A stretch of DNA of 64,000 bases from Nitrospinales bacterium (GCA_046757665.1 JBHHYO010000002.1:32001-96000); one strand, 5' to 3'. Positions 38,358 through 48,872 are shown, counted from the stretch's first letter. Numbers and translations: made by a program. The notes: generated from the letters alone by a model not told the origin.

Positions 38358-38979
38358 TGAACAGGGATTCTCCTTGCTGGAGGTTATCGTCGCCCTGGCC
38401 ATCATGGCCGTGGGCTTCGCCACCGTTCTGCAACTGTTTTCCGGGAGTATTCGCTCTATCGGCATGTCCCGGGACTATCTCAAGGGAATCACCCTGGCAA
38501 GCCACAAGATCAACGAACTGGAATTGGCGGATTTCGCCACGGAGGAATTTTCCGGGCGATTCAAGGACGAAGAAGATTACGGCTGGAATTTGAGCATCGA
38601 GCCCTACGAAACACCGTTGAACGACGAAGAGGCCAACATCCGGGTTTTGAAAATAAACGTGCAGGTTTTCTGGAACCAGTTTGGCAAGGAAAGGGATGTG
38701 ACGCTGGCAACCCTCCGCACCCTCGGCACCACTTATCCCTCCGCCGACACGACGCTGTTGGGATTGAACAAATCGGGTATTTACGGCAACGTCATCGGCG
38801 GGGCGGGCAAGGTATCCCTGTCCGGCGCGGACACGGAAAACCCGCCACCGCCGCCACCCGCGGAAAGCCCCAGCGCCAACATTTCCGGCCAGGCAACCGC
38901 TCCCGTGGAGATCAGCGGATTCCAGTTGAATATACCGCCGGTCGATATTTCCGGACTACGATCGGGGGGGAGGCCATGA
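38338..38979 (+). CDS. gspI: T2SS minor pseudopilin I with Pro-rich C-terminal extension
   Basis: G/FSLLEVIVALAI; gene order. Confidence 0.8.
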   Translation: MSTKRLDEQGFSLLEVIVALAIMAVGFATVLQLFSGSIRSIGMSRDYLKGITLASHKINELELADFATEEFSGRFKDEEDYGWNLSIEPYETPLNDEEANIRVLKINVQVFWNQFGKERDVTLATLRTLGTTYPSADTTLLGLNKSGIYGNVIGGAGKVSLSGADTENPPPPPPAESPSANISGQATAPVEISGFQLNIPPVDISGLRSGGRP

Positions 38980-39866
38980 AGAGACTTAAAAATCCGCACG
39001 GTTTTACTCTGCTGGAGTTGATTATATCCATAACCATGATCGCCGTTATCATCGGCATTGCCCTGGGAGGAATGCGGCTCGGCATCTCCACCAGGGAACT
39101 CGGAGAACAAAAAGCCGACACTTATCAGCGGCTCCGGTTCATTGGCGAGCAAATTTCCCAAAATATCAAATCGCTTCATCCTCTTTTCATCAAAGAGAAA
39201 ACAGAAGAATTATTTTTTGAAGAACAGAAAAACAAACAGGAGCCGCCCAAGTATCTTGCTTTCGAAGGCTTGCCCGACTCCATCCGCATCATCACGTTTG
39301 CCAACACATTGTCGATGGTCAAAAATCCTCCATGGATCCACGAAGTCCGGTTTTACCTCGGCGCTCATCCGGAAACCCGCGAAACAGGCATTATTATGAT
39401 GGAGCGGGACTTGGACAGCGAAGAAGCGTTTATGGAGGTTCAATCCGATTCGCCGGGCGTCCACTACATTATGCTGGCTAACGAAGTGAACCATCTGGGG
39501 TTTCGTTATCTCAAAATGACCCCCATCCCCCCCGAAGAACTTGAGCAACAGGAAGATCCCTCGATAAAGTACAAGACGGAATGGGTCGATACGATAATCA
39601 TCGAACCGGATAAGGAGACCCAGAATCCGTTTTTTGTAAAAGACGAAAAAACCGACACACCCAAACCCGAAAACACGATCAGTTTGCCCCGGGCCATAGA
39701 GGTTTCTATCGGCCTGAAACAACCCGTCGTCTCGTCAAACGTCAGGGAACCCGAAATCGTTTATTTGCCGCCGATGCTGATTCCCTTGAACTCGGGGATC
39801 GAGTTCTCCCGGCCGCCGATTGAGGATGAGGAAGAAAAGAAAACAGACAAAAATGAAACGACTTAA
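38976..39866 (+). CDS. gspJ: T2SS minor pseudopilin J
   Basis: G/FTLLELIISI, LPRAIEV. Confidence 0.82.
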   Translation: MKRLKNPHGFTLLELIISITMIAVIIGIALGGMRLGISTRELGEQKADTYQRLRFIGEQISQNIKSLHPLFIKEKTEELFFEEQKNKQEPPKYLAFEGLPDSIRIITFANTLSMVKNPPWIHEVRFYLGAHPETRETGIIMMERDLDSEEAFMEVQSDSPGVHYIMLANEVNHLGFRYLKMTPIPPEELEQQEDPSIKYKTEWVDTIIIEPDKETQNPFFVKDEKTDTPKPENTISLPRAIEVSIGLKQPVVSSNVREPEIVYLPPMLIPLNSGIEFSRPPIEDEEEKKTDKNETT

Positions 39867-40848
39867 AAAGAATCAAAAGGGAATCGCCCTCATGGTGGTA
39901 TTATGGATTCTGGTCTTGCTGACCGGTCTGGCCACGGAATTCGCTTTTTCCATGCGAACCGAGGTCAACACCACCAGAAATTACAAAGAGGACGTCGAAA
40001 GCTATTTTCTCGCCAAGGCGGGAATCAACCTGGCGTTCGCGGAGATTTTGCAAAATGCGCGATTTCATTCGATTCACAATGAACATGGGTTCATTTTCGG
40101 CAAACCCAAGATTTCGCCAAGCCCCCGGAACCAGGAAACCCAAAAATTCCAGGATGAGGAAAACACGGATTTCGATATCGTCAACCGCACCGAAATTCCC
40201 CTGGGCGCCGGAACGATTTCCTACAAGATCACGGATGAAAACGGTAAAATCAATATCAACAAGGTTTCCAGGGAAACCCTGGTCAAGATTCTCGCCGCCT
40301 CCGGAATCGAGATTGGCGAAGAAAGAGATGTTATCGCCGATTCCATACTGGACTGGATCGACAAGGACAGCGACCATAAGCTCAACGGGGCGGAAAACGA
40401 CTATTACCAGAACCTGACCCCCCCTTATTCCGCCAAGAACGATTTTTTCGACAGTCTGAGCGAGCTTCTCAAAGTGCGTGGCATAACGGAAGAAATCCTT
40501 TATGGCACGCCGGAAGATGAAATCGGTGACGGCTCCCGTCAAACTTACCTGGGGCTCGACAAATTTTTCACCGCACAAAACGTGTTGTCGTTCAACCCCA
40601 ATACCGCCGACCCGGCTATTCTCCCCGTTTATTTCGATGAGGTCAAAGTCGAGGATATTCTGGCGCAAAGGGCAGAAAAAGGTTTTTACAACGACTCCCT
40701 GTCAAGCCATTTCAAAATCGAATGCACGGGGAAAATCAATGGCAGTCGGACAAGACATACCATTATTGCCATCGTCCAGAAATTCGGCAACTCGGAGCAA
40801 TCCAAATTGTTAATACGCTATTGGAACGACAACGCGGTGGAGTCATGA
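39853..40848 (+). CDS. gspK: T2SS minor pseudopilin K
   Basis: G/IALMVVLW (no Glu5), ITDENGKININ, DSILDWID, ELLKVRGI. Confidence 0.9.
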   Translation: MKRLKKNQKGIALMVVLWILVLLTGLATEFAFSMRTEVNTTRNYKEDVESYFLAKAGINLAFAEILQNARFHSIHNEHGFIFGKPKISPSPRNQETQKFQDEENTDFDIVNRTEIPLGAGTISYKITDENGKININKVSRETLVKILAASGIEIGEERDVIADSILDWIDKDSDHKLNGAENDYYQNLTPPYSAKNDFFDSLSELLKVRGITEEILYGTPEDEIGDGSRQTYLGLDKFFTAQNVLSFNPNTADPAILPVYFDEVKVEDILAQRAEKGFYNDSLSSHFKIECTGKINGSRTRHTIIAIVQKFGNSEQSKLLIRYWNDNAVES

Positions 40849-42332
40849 AACCCTTTTATCTCGACAAATCCCTCGGTTTGGATATCCGGGAAGAATCGGT
40901 GGCGATAACGCTTCTGGGAAAACAGTTGCGTTCCATTCATACGCTGGGTTCCCGTTTTTTCAAGATTCAACCTTTAAGGGGGAATGACGAGTCCGCCGAA
41001 AAGGCCGAGAAATTTTTTCTGGAGGAAATCAACCGTTTCCTTATGCGCTATCCCCATGCGCCCAACAATGTGATTCTCAGTCTGCCGCGCAACCTCATCA
41101 CCTTCAAAACCTTTGACCTGCCCGCGCCGGACAGAAAATCCATCGACGCCATGATCAAGTTTGAGCTGGAGAAGCACTGCGCCGTCAGCGTGGACAGCTT
41201 ATATTTTTCCTATCTCGCAACCGAAAAAGCAAAAAACCAGTTCCACATCGTTTTATCCGCCGTCAAACGGGAGGTGGCCGATTACTATCTGGACCTGATC
41301 AAAAAGATTGACCTCAAACCTTCGATCATGGACGTTTCCACGTTTTCCAACCTGAATTTAATCCAATCCAACGGCGGAGTGAAGGAACGCATCGCCACGG
41401 TCATCGACCTTGGTTCAACCGGCATGGATATCAGCATTCTCAAGGAAGGAGTTATCGAAACGTCCAGGAATGTTCCCATTCAGGACGCGGAGTTTCTTGC
41501 CTCATACTTCCGCGATGACTACCCCCCGGAACATTTCAAGAAATCGTCCGAGAAGTTGGGACGGATCATCATTGACGAAATACAAACCTGCCTGTCTTCC
41601 TGCAACAGCATCGCCCCCGACGAACCGGTCGAAAAAATCTACCTCTTCGGTGGAGGCTATTACGCGGAACCCCTGGCCGAATACCTGGAGCAACAGACCG
41701 GCGTAACCGCCAAAACCGTTGCCCCGCCTTACGATAAAAACCAGACCATTTCCCCAAACTTCGTGCCCTCCCTGATGGGCACCTCCTTGAGCCTGGGGCT
41801 AAGGAAATTAAGAAGCAACTGGGCGGAAATCAACATTCTGCCGCGGACGTTGCGTCCCAAGAAAAGCAAGTTCAACCTGAAAACCACGTTGGCCTTTTCC
41901 GTCATCGTCGCCTTGTTGCTCGTGGGTTTGCTCGTGGTGAAAATCGTTCACAACAACTTAACGTTGAACAACCTTAAAGACCAATTGAAAGAAGCCAGGT
42001 CGCAAGTGGTGGGTCTGGAGAAAATCGACCTGGAATATGACGCCCTGATGCAATTTGTCGATCTTTTCGCCAACATTGATAAACAATCACCCCCCAAATT
42101 GCCGGTACTCCAGGAGCTGAGCACAATCATTCCCAAGGATACCTGGCTGACGGACATTTCCTTTTCCAAGGACAAGATGGAGATCAAGGGCTTGTCCGCT
42201 TCGGCCTCCAAGCTGATCCCGATTCTGGAAAGTTCGCCTTATTTCAAGGACACCGCGTTCAACGGCAGTATCGTCACCCAGGGCAATGGGGAAAAATTTA
42301 CCATCCGTTCCACGGTGGAGGCTCGGCAATGA
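40845..42332 (+). CDS. gspL: GspL (PilM-PilN-like) assembly protein
   Basis: Actin-like LGLDI, IDLG, LFGGG; INILP linker, TM, PilN-like periplasmic domain. Confidence 0.8.
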   Translation: MKPFYLDKSLGLDIREESVAITLLGKQLRSIHTLGSRFFKIQPLRGNDESAEKAEKFFLEEINRFLMRYPHAPNNVILSLPRNLITFKTFDLPAPDRKSIDAMIKFELEKHCAVSVDSLYFSYLATEKAKNQFHIVLSAVKREVADYYLDLIKKIDLKPSIMDVSTFSNLNLIQSNGGVKERIATVIDLGSTGMDISILKEGVIETSRNVPIQDAEFLASYFRDDYPPEHFKKSSEKLGRIIIDEIQTCLSSCNSIAPDEPVEKIYLFGGGYYAEPLAEYLEQQTGVTAKTVAPPYDKNQTISPNFVPSLMGTSLSLGLRKLRSNWAEINILPRTLRPKKSKFNLKTTLAFSVIVALLLVGLLVVKIVHNNLTLNNLKDQLKEARSQVVGLEKIDLEYDALMQFVDLFANIDKQSPPKLPVLQELSTIIPKDTWLTDISFSKDKMEIKGLSASASKLIPILESSPYFKDTAFNGSIVTQGNGEKFTIRSTVEARQ

Positions 42333-42910
42333 TCAAGAATCTGAGCCAAAAAGACAAACGCGCTTTAATTCTCGGAGGCGTCTGCGTCGTTGCCTACCTC
42401 CTTTTTGTGTTTGGAGTACAACCGATTTACCTGAAACAGAAAAATATCAACGAACAAATCCACAATAAAATCTTCTTTATAAAAAAATACCGGGAAATTC
42501 TGAACCAGAAGGCTTATTATAATCAGAAGCGCGAGGCGGCCAAAGCCATCCAGGCCGATCTGAACCGCAAATTCCTGGGAAAGAAAAAACCGGCGCTGGC
42601 CGCGGCAAGCCTGCAAAAAGTCCTGGAGAACTATGCTCAGCGGACTTCCGTAAATATCGAGAGCGCCCGAATAAAAAAATCCCAGTTTACCGGACACCTC
42701 CTCGCGGTTCCGGTTGAGATCAATGTTCGTTCCACTTTAAACAACCTCATTCAGTTTATTTATTTGATCGAAAACCATGAAAAATTTTTGGTGATTGACG
42801 AGGCCGCCATACGGCGGGTCAACAAAACCGATCCGGAAGAACTGCAAACCCGATTATCGATTTTGGGTTTTATTCGTGAACGGGAAAAGAGCAACACAAA
42901 AAAGACATGA
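42329..42910 (+). CDS. gspM: GspM/PilO-like protein
   Basis: LSQKDKR + TM + coiled coil; gene order. Confidence 0.75.
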   Translation: MIKNLSQKDKRALILGGVCVVAYLLFVFGVQPIYLKQKNINEQIHNKIFFIKKYREILNQKAYYNQKREAAKAIQADLNRKFLGKKKPALAAASLQKVLENYAQRTSVNIESARIKKSQFTGHLLAVPVEINVRSTLNNLIQFIYLIENHEKFLVIDEAAIRRVNKTDPEELQTRLSILGFIREREKSNTKKT

Positions 42911-45366
42911 AAAAATCATTTCTTATTCTAGCCGTTTCGAGCTTGATCCTGAGTTCGGCTTGCATGTCCCACAAGCCAAGCGCCGTGGAACGCCTGAAAA
43001 CCCAATTTTCAAAAGATCAAATCGAAAGTATGAAGTTTCCCGACCGGGTTCCTTCGGAAAAAAAAATCCCCTCCACTCAGGAGCAATACCAGGCCAAGGG
43101 CATTGAAGAGGAGCTTAAAACCTTAAGAAAAATCCCTCCGGCCCCCAAGGTCAAAACCGTAGTGGTCACCGCCATGGAAACCACATTGCGGAAAGGACCC
43201 GGGACCCGGTTCAAGAAAGTTGGCGTCGCCCGCAAGGGGAATTCCTTTAAGCTGTTGCGGATCACCCACAGCCCCCGCGAAGGGCAAGCCTGGTACCTGG
43301 TGCAGGACAGAAACGGAAAAAAATATTTCCTGTCCAGCATGTTCTCCACCATCCACGTAGCCAATAACATAAATATAGAAAAGGAAACCATTCACAAGAA
43401 ACAAAAGACATCCCTGTCGAAACTGCAAACCATCATCAACCCCACGCCTCCCCTGCCCCCCGAACTGGTTAAAGCCAAGCACATCACCCTGAACTTCGAG
43501 GATACCGACATCAACGATGTCATCACCACCTTCAGCGAACTCTTGAAAATCGACTACATCATTGAAGGGAACGTCAGCGGCAAGGTCACTTTGCAAACCT
43601 TCAACAAAATTCCGGTCGAGGACCTGTACTCCGTTTTGGAGCAAATCCTGGCCCTGCACAATATCACCGTCGTTAAAAGCGGCAATTTTTATCGCTTTTT
43701 GCCGGTTGCCAACGCGGTCAAAAAACCTCTCAGCATTTACTATGGCATCGACGCCAAAGTCCCGCCCAACGAAAGGTTGGTCATCGAGATCATTCCACTC
43801 AGGCATATTTCCGTGGAATCGATGAAAAAAATCATCGCTCCGCTTTTGACCACCAATGCCAGCTTCATCGAGATTCCCGAGACCAACAATCTGATGATGA
43901 TCGAGCTCGGCTCCAACATCAAAAGAATTCTTAAAGTGGTGGAGGCTCTGGACATCGACAAGCTCGCCTCCTCGGACATCGAACTGTACACCATCAAACA
44001 CACGGACGCGGATCTTGTGGCCAACGAGCTCAGTGAAATTTTCTCGACCCTGGGGTTTGAGGATGCCATCGGCGAATCGCTCAACTTTCTTCCCCTGTCC
44101 CGGTTAAATTCCATCCTGGTCGTCAACGCTTTCAAATCCATCCTGCCGACCATCGAGTTCTGGATCAACAAGCTGGACAAGCCGATCGCCGAAAGCCAGG
44201 TCAGCACTTTTGTTTATTACGTCCAAAACGGGGAAGCGGACAAGTTGGCGGCGCTGTTGAATGCCATATTCAAGAAGAAAGAAAAACCGGTAAAGGCCTC
44301 CCGCGCCAGGAAGCTTTTGAGGAAAAAACCGGAAACCGCGAAGACCTCCACAAAAGCCAAGACGGCGGGAAAACCCAAGACCCAAACAAAAAAAAGGCGG
44401 CCTACGCTCAAAGTAACGGGGGGCCTGGAAGAAAAACTGAAAGGCGAACTCACCATCATTGCCGACAAGGATACCAATTCCCTGATCATCCGCACCAACC
44501 CCAAAAATTATCCGCCCATTTTGGAGTTGCTCAAAAAGTTGGACCTCATGCCCAAGCAGGTTTTCATCGAGGTACTGATCCTGGACCTGACCATCGACAA
44601 ACAGGTTAAATCGGGGCTGGAATGGGCTCTGGAGGGAAAGGTGGACAATGCCAATTTCGCCACCGGCTCGGACACGGGAAGCGGCGCCGGCCTGGGCCCC
44701 AGCCTGGGGTCCGCAACCTCGCTTTTCGCCAATCCCGGATTCAGCTTCTTCCTCGGCAATGCCAACAAGCTGAAAGCGTTGTTGCAAGCCTTCGCCTCGG
44801 ACTCCAAGGCCAATGTGCTTTCCAATCCGATCCTGATCACCTCCAACAACAAAAAAGCCAACATTTCCATCACGGATGAAATTCCCATCCAAAGCACCAC
44901 CATAACCACGCCAACCGCCGGCCAGCCGCTGACCCAGTCCACCATCCAGTTCCGCAGTGTCGGCATCAAGCTGAGTATTGAGCCCAAAATCAATTCGGAG
45001 AATTTCGTCAACTTGAAAGTCAATCAGGAAATCAGCAAGCCCGGTCCGGTCATTCAAGGCACCACTTCATTTAATATTCGTACGATCAACACGGAAGTCG
45101 TGGTCAAGGACAACCAGGTTCTCGTGATGGGAGGGTTGATGCAAACGCTCACAAATGAAGCCAACAGCGGCATTCCGGGTTTGAAGAACCTGCCGTTTTT
45201 CGGCAGATTGTTCCGTTCCCAAAACAACTCCAAAAACAAAACGGAACTGATGATTTTCATTGCGCCTCACGTCATCAACACTATTTACGACGCAGACACC
45301 GCCACCAGCCAGATCAAGAACCGGCTTTTCAATTTAAAAAAAGAATTTCACTTGAACAACAGTTAA
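42907..45366 (+). CDS. gspD: T2SS secretin with lipoprotein signal and SH3-like insert
   Basis: LSSAC lipobox, ITLNFEDTDI N0, QVFIEVLI, GIPGLKNLPFFGRLF, KTELMIFIAPHV. Confidence 0.92.
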   Translation: MKKSFLILAVSSLILSSACMSHKPSAVERLKTQFSKDQIESMKFPDRVPSEKKIPSTQEQYQAKGIEEELKTLRKIPPAPKVKTVVVTAMETTLRKGPGTRFKKVGVARKGNSFKLLRITHSPREGQAWYLVQDRNGKKYFLSSMFSTIHVANNINIEKETIHKKQKTSLSKLQTIINPTPPLPPELVKAKHITLNFEDTDINDVITTFSELLKIDYIIEGNVSGKVTLQTFNKIPVEDLYSVLEQILALHNITVVKSGNFYRFLPVANAVKKPLSIYYGIDAKVPPNERLVIEIIPLRHISVESMKKIIAPLLTTNASFIEIPETNNLMMIELGSNIKRILKVVEALDIDKLASSDIELYTIKHTDADLVANELSEIFSTLGFEDAIGESLNFLPLSRLNSILVVNAFKSILPTIEFWINKLDKPIAESQVSTFVYYVQNGEADKLAALLNAIFKKKEKPVKASRARKLLRKKPETAKTSTKAKTAGKPKTQTKKRRPTLKVTGGLEEKLKGELTIIADKDTNSLIIRTNPKNYPPILELLKKLDLMPKQVFIEVLILDLTIDKQVKSGLEWALEGKVDNANFATGSDTGSGAGLGPSLGSATSLFANPGFSFFLGNANKLKALLQAFASDSKANVLSNPILITSNNKKANISITDEIPIQSTTITTPTAGQPLTQSTIQFRSVGIKLSIEPKINSENFVNLKVNQEISKPGPVIQGTTSFNIRTINTEVVVKDNQVLVMGGLMQTLTNEANSGIPGLKNLPFFGRLFRSQNNSKNKTELMIFIAPHVINTIYDADTATSQIKNRLFNLKKEFHLNNS

Positions 45367-45478
45367 CCTGATTCCCAAGTCCCGTACGCAAGCCCTGGGG
45401 CAAGACGGAAACGGCAATCCACGGCGCCGCGCCAAAAGGCGCCATCTGCCGAAAACCCGCTATCCCCGGAGACCCTTG

Positions 45479-45508
45479 TTGACTTTGTCCGGAGGGTGCT
45501 TTTATAAT
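45479..45508 (+). promoter_or_regulatory. sigma70-type promoter TTGACT-N18-TATAAT upstream of cysK
   Basis: Direct motif match. Confidence 0.5.
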
Positions 45509-45559
45509 TTATATCTTTGCCTTGCTTGAAGGGCTCCACTCCCACAAGGAAACACCGAT

Positions 45560-46501
45560 ATGACACTGCTGGACAAACTCAAATCCAAAGCCAGGAATAG
45601 TTTGGAGTTGATCGGCTCCACGCCTTTGGTTAAACTGAACAAAGTCGCCCCTTCCAACGGATCGAACATTTACGCGAAACTGGAGTTCTTCAATCCAGGG
45701 GGAAGCGTTAAGGACCGCATCGCCCTGTCCATGATTGAAAGCGCCGAGAAAGCGGGACTTCTCAAACCCGGCGCGACGATCATTGAACCCACAAGCGGAA
45801 ATACCGGGATTGGCCTGGCATTGGTGGGAGCGGTCAAGGGCTATGACGTCATCCTCGTCATGTCGGAAAACATGAGCGCGGAACGCAGGATGATTCTGGA
45901 AAGCTTTGGAGCCAAAACGGAATTGAGCCGCGCGGAATTTGGCATGCAGGGTACCATCGAGCGGGCCGAGGAGTTAATGGCGGCCCATCCGGATTACTTC
46001 ATGCCGCAACAATTCAACAACCCCGCCAACCCGGAAGTGCATCGCAAAACCACCGGGCCGGAAATTGTCGAAGCCATGCAGGACGCGCCTCTCCATGCCT
46101 TCGTCGCCGGCATCGGCACCGGCGGCACGATCACCGGAGTCGGGGAAGTCTTGAAACAACATTTCGCCGAAGTTAAAATCGTTGGAGTCGAACCGTCCAC
46201 CTCCGCCGTGCTGTCCGGGAATCCGCCCGGACCCCATAAAATCCAGGGCATCGGCGCCGGGTTCAAACCCAAGGTTCTGAATATGGATATCGTCGACGAT
46301 ATCCGGCCGATTTCAGACGAGGATGCCTTCAAATTTTCCCAACGGCTGGCCAAGGAAGAAGGCCTCTTCGTGGGCATTTCCGCCGGCGCCGCATGTTGCG
46401 CCGCGCATCGGCTCGCCCAGGAAATGGGGCCGGGAAAAAATGTCGTCGTTATCCTGCCCGACACCGGAGAAAGATATTTCAGTTTTCACCAATATTTTTA
46501 A
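45560..46501 (+). CDS. cysK: cysteine synthase A
   Basis: NPGGSVKDR, EPTSGNTG, GIGTGGT, PHKIQGIGAG, PDTGERY. Confidence 0.92.
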   Translation: MTLLDKLKSKARNSLELIGSTPLVKLNKVAPSNGSNIYAKLEFFNPGGSVKDRIALSMIESAEKAGLLKPGATIIEPTSGNTGIGLALVGAVKGYDVILVMSENMSAERRMILESFGAKTELSRAEFGMQGTIERAEELMAAHPDYFMPQQFNNPANPEVHRKTTGPEIVEAMQDAPLHAFVAGIGTGGTITGVGEVLKQHFAEVKIVGVEPSTSAVLSGNPPGPHKIQGIGAGFKPKVLNMDIVDDIRPISDEDAFKFSQRLAKEEGLFVGISAGAACCAAHRLAQEMGPGKNVVVILPDTGERYFSFHQYF

Positions 46502-46530
46502 TCCTTAATCTTTTGGGAAGTCAATCTGCG

Positions 46531-47769
46531 ATGGGATACGTAAAAGGTTTGCGGTGTAAAGAATGCGGCAGAAATTACGACAAACTGCCGATTCATGTCT
46601 GCGAATATTGTTTTGGACCGTTGGAAGTCGATTACGATTACGAAAAAATAAAAAAGGTCGTCAGCCGGAAATCCATCCTGGCCGGCCCCTGTTCCATGTG
46701 GCGGTACAAGGCGCTGTTGCCTATTGACGAGGAACCCAAGGTCGGCCATCACGTCGGCTTCACCCCGCTGATCAAAGCCAAAAACCTGGGCAAGGCCCTC
46801 GGACTGAACAACCTTTACATCAAGAACGATTCCGTCAACCACCCCACATTTTCTTTCAAGGACCGGGTGGTTTGCGTCGCCATCTCCAAGGCTCTTGAGT
46901 TCGGGTTCGACACGGTGTCCTGCGCCTCAACCGGCAATCTGGCCAATTCGGTGGCGGCCCACTCGGCGGAAGCCGGCTTGAAAAGCTATATCTTCATCCC
47001 CGACGGCCTGGAAGCGGGGAAAATCCTTGCTACCCTCGTTTACGGCACGCAACTGATCCGCGTTCGCGGCAATTACGACGATGTCAACCGATTGTGCAGT
47101 GAGATCGCCGGCAGACACAAATGGGCCTTCGTGAATATCAATATCCGTCCCTACTATGGCGACGGCTCCAAGTCCTACGGTTACGAAATCGCCGAGCAAC
47201 TGGGTTGGAAAGCTCCGGACAACGTCGTCGTCCCCGTGGCGGGAAGCTCGCTGATCACCAAAATCTGGAAAGCCTTTCAGGAGTTTAACAACCTGGAACT
47301 GATCGACAAAGTGCAAACAAAAATATTCGCCGCCCAGGCCAGCGGGTGCGCCCCCGTGACAACGGCGATCAAAAACGGCGCCGATTTTTTCAAACCCGTC
47401 AAACCCCACACCATCGCCAAATCCATAGCCATCGGCAATCCCGCGGACGGCTTTTACGGCATAAAAATCGCCAACCAAAGCGGCGGATACGGCGAAGACG
47501 TCAGCGACGAAGAAATCGTCAAGTCCATGATGCTCCTGGCGGAAACCGAGGGAATTTTCACGGAAACCGCCGGCGGCGTGGTGGTCGGCGTGACTCAAAA
47601 ACTGGTCCAGCAGGGCCGCATCAAGCCCGACGAGTTGACCGTGATCTGCATTACCGGCAACGGCCTCAAAACCCAGGAAGCGCTGGATGGCTCCTTCGCC
47701 GAACCGGTTTTGATCGAACCGCGCCTTAACAGTTTTGAAGAAATTTTGTCCAACAGTTTAATGGTCTAA
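46531..47769 (+). CDS. thrC: threonine synthase family PLP enzyme with N-terminal zinc ribbon
   Basis: CKECG..CEYC, PTFSFKDR, CASTGNLA, SIAIGNPADG, ITGNGLKT. Confidence 0.75.
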   Translation: MGYVKGLRCKECGRNYDKLPIHVCEYCFGPLEVDYDYEKIKKVVSRKSILAGPCSMWRYKALLPIDEEPKVGHHVGFTPLIKAKNLGKALGLNNLYIKNDSVNHPTFSFKDRVVCVAISKALEFGFDTVSCASTGNLANSVAAHSAEAGLKSYIFIPDGLEAGKILATLVYGTQLIRVRGNYDDVNRLCSEIAGRHKWAFVNINIRPYYGDGSKSYGYEIAEQLGWKAPDNVVVPVAGSSLITKIWKAFQEFNNLELIDKVQTKIFAAQASGCAPVTTAIKNGADFFKPVKPHTIAKSIAIGNPADGFYGIKIANQSGGYGEDVSDEEIVKSMMLLAETEGIFTETAGGVVVGVTQKLVQQGRIKPDELTVICITGNGLKTQEALDGSFAEPVLIEPRLNSFEEILSNSLMV

Positions 47770-47784
47770 AGGAGACAGCAAACG

Positions 47785-48069
47785 ATGACCGTAACCGTCA
47801 GAATTCCCTCCCCTCTGCTGAAATTAACCGACAATCAAAGCGAAGTTTCCGCGGAGGGGAAAACCATCGCCGAAATTCTCGACAACCTGGAGAGCCAGTT
47901 TGCCGGAATCAAGGAAAGAATCTGCGAGGAAAACGGCGCCCCCAGAAGATTCATCAACATTTACCTGAATGAAGAGGACATCCGCTTTATGCAGGGCGAG
48001 AATACCGAAGTCAAGGCGGGCGATGAAATTTCCATTATTCCCGCCATAGCCGGCGGCCGAAACCCATGA
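47785..48069 (+). CDS. MoaD/ThiS/CysO-family sulfur carrier protein
   Basis: VTVRIP, FINIYLNEEDIRF, IIPAIAGG followed by an RNP tail. Confidence 0.88.
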   Translation: MTVTVRIPSPLLKLTDNQSEVSAEGKTIAEILDNLESQFAGIKERICEENGAPRRFINIYLNEEDIRFMQGENTEVKAGDEISIIPAIAGGRNP

Positions 48070-48872
48070 CCGATTTCACCGACGAACAGATCGAACGCTA
48101 CAGCCGCCATATTATTCTGCCCGAAGTGGGCGGCATCGGACAAAAAAAGATGCTGGACGCCAAAGTGCTCCTCATCGGCGCGGGCGGGCTGGGTAGCCCC
48201 GCCGCCCTGTATCTTGCCGCCGCCGGCGTCGGATGCCTCGGCATCGTCGATTTCGACGTGGTGGACCTCAGCAATTTGCAACGGCAGATTCTTCACACCA
48301 CGTCGCGCATCGGTATGCGAAAAACCGACTCCGCCAAACAAACGATTCAGGCCCTCAACCCGGATGTCCGGGTGACCCTGTTCGATGAACAACTGAACGC
48401 GCAAAATATTCTGCAAATCATCGAGGATTTCGATTACGTGCTCGACGGCACCGACAACTTTCCCACTCGCTACCTGATCAACGATGCGTGCGTCATGAAG
48501 GGGAAACCCAACATCCATGGCAGTATGTTTCGGTTTGAGGGTCAGGTTTCCGTTTTCAAGCCCAAGGAAGGGCCGTGTTACCGTTGCCTTTACCCGGCCC
48601 CTCCCCCGCCCGGGCTGGTGCCCAATTGTCAGGAAGGCGGCGTTCTGGGAGTCCTTCCCGGAATCATCGGCAACCTGCAAGTGGTTGAAACCCTGAAATT
48701 GATTCTGGGCATTGGCAAGCCGCTCATCGGCCGCCTGCTGATTTACGACGCCCTGCAAACCTCATTTCGCACCCTGAAGCTAAAGCGGGATGTCAACTGC
48801 CCTGTATGCAGTGAACACCCAACAATCACGGAACTGGTGGATTACGAGCAATTTTGCGGGGTTTCCCGATAA
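48066..48872 (+). CDS. moeB: MoeB/ThiF-family sulfur-carrier adenylyltransferase (no rhodanese domain)
   Basis: RYSRHI, GAGGLG, SNLQRQ, PCYRCLYP, CPVC. Confidence 0.88.
   Translation: MTDFTDEQIERYSRHIILPEVGGIGQKKMLDAKVLLIGAGGLGSPAALYLAAAGVGCLGIVDFDVVDLSNLQRQILHTTSRIGMRKTDSAKQTIQALNPDVRVTLFDEQLNAQNILQIIEDFDYVLDGTDNFPTRYLINDACVMKGKPNIHGSMFRFEGQVSVFKPKEGPCYRCLYPAPPPPGLVPNCQEGGVLGVLPGIIGNLQVVETLKLILGIGKPLIGRLLIYDALQTSFRTLKLKRDVNCPVCSEHPTITELVDYEQFCGVSR

Noticed and set aside
33639-45366. Type IV pilus or competence locus
   Set aside because: GspG and GspK signatures and gene order E-F-G-H-I-J-K-L-M-D indicate T2SS; no PilT in the window.
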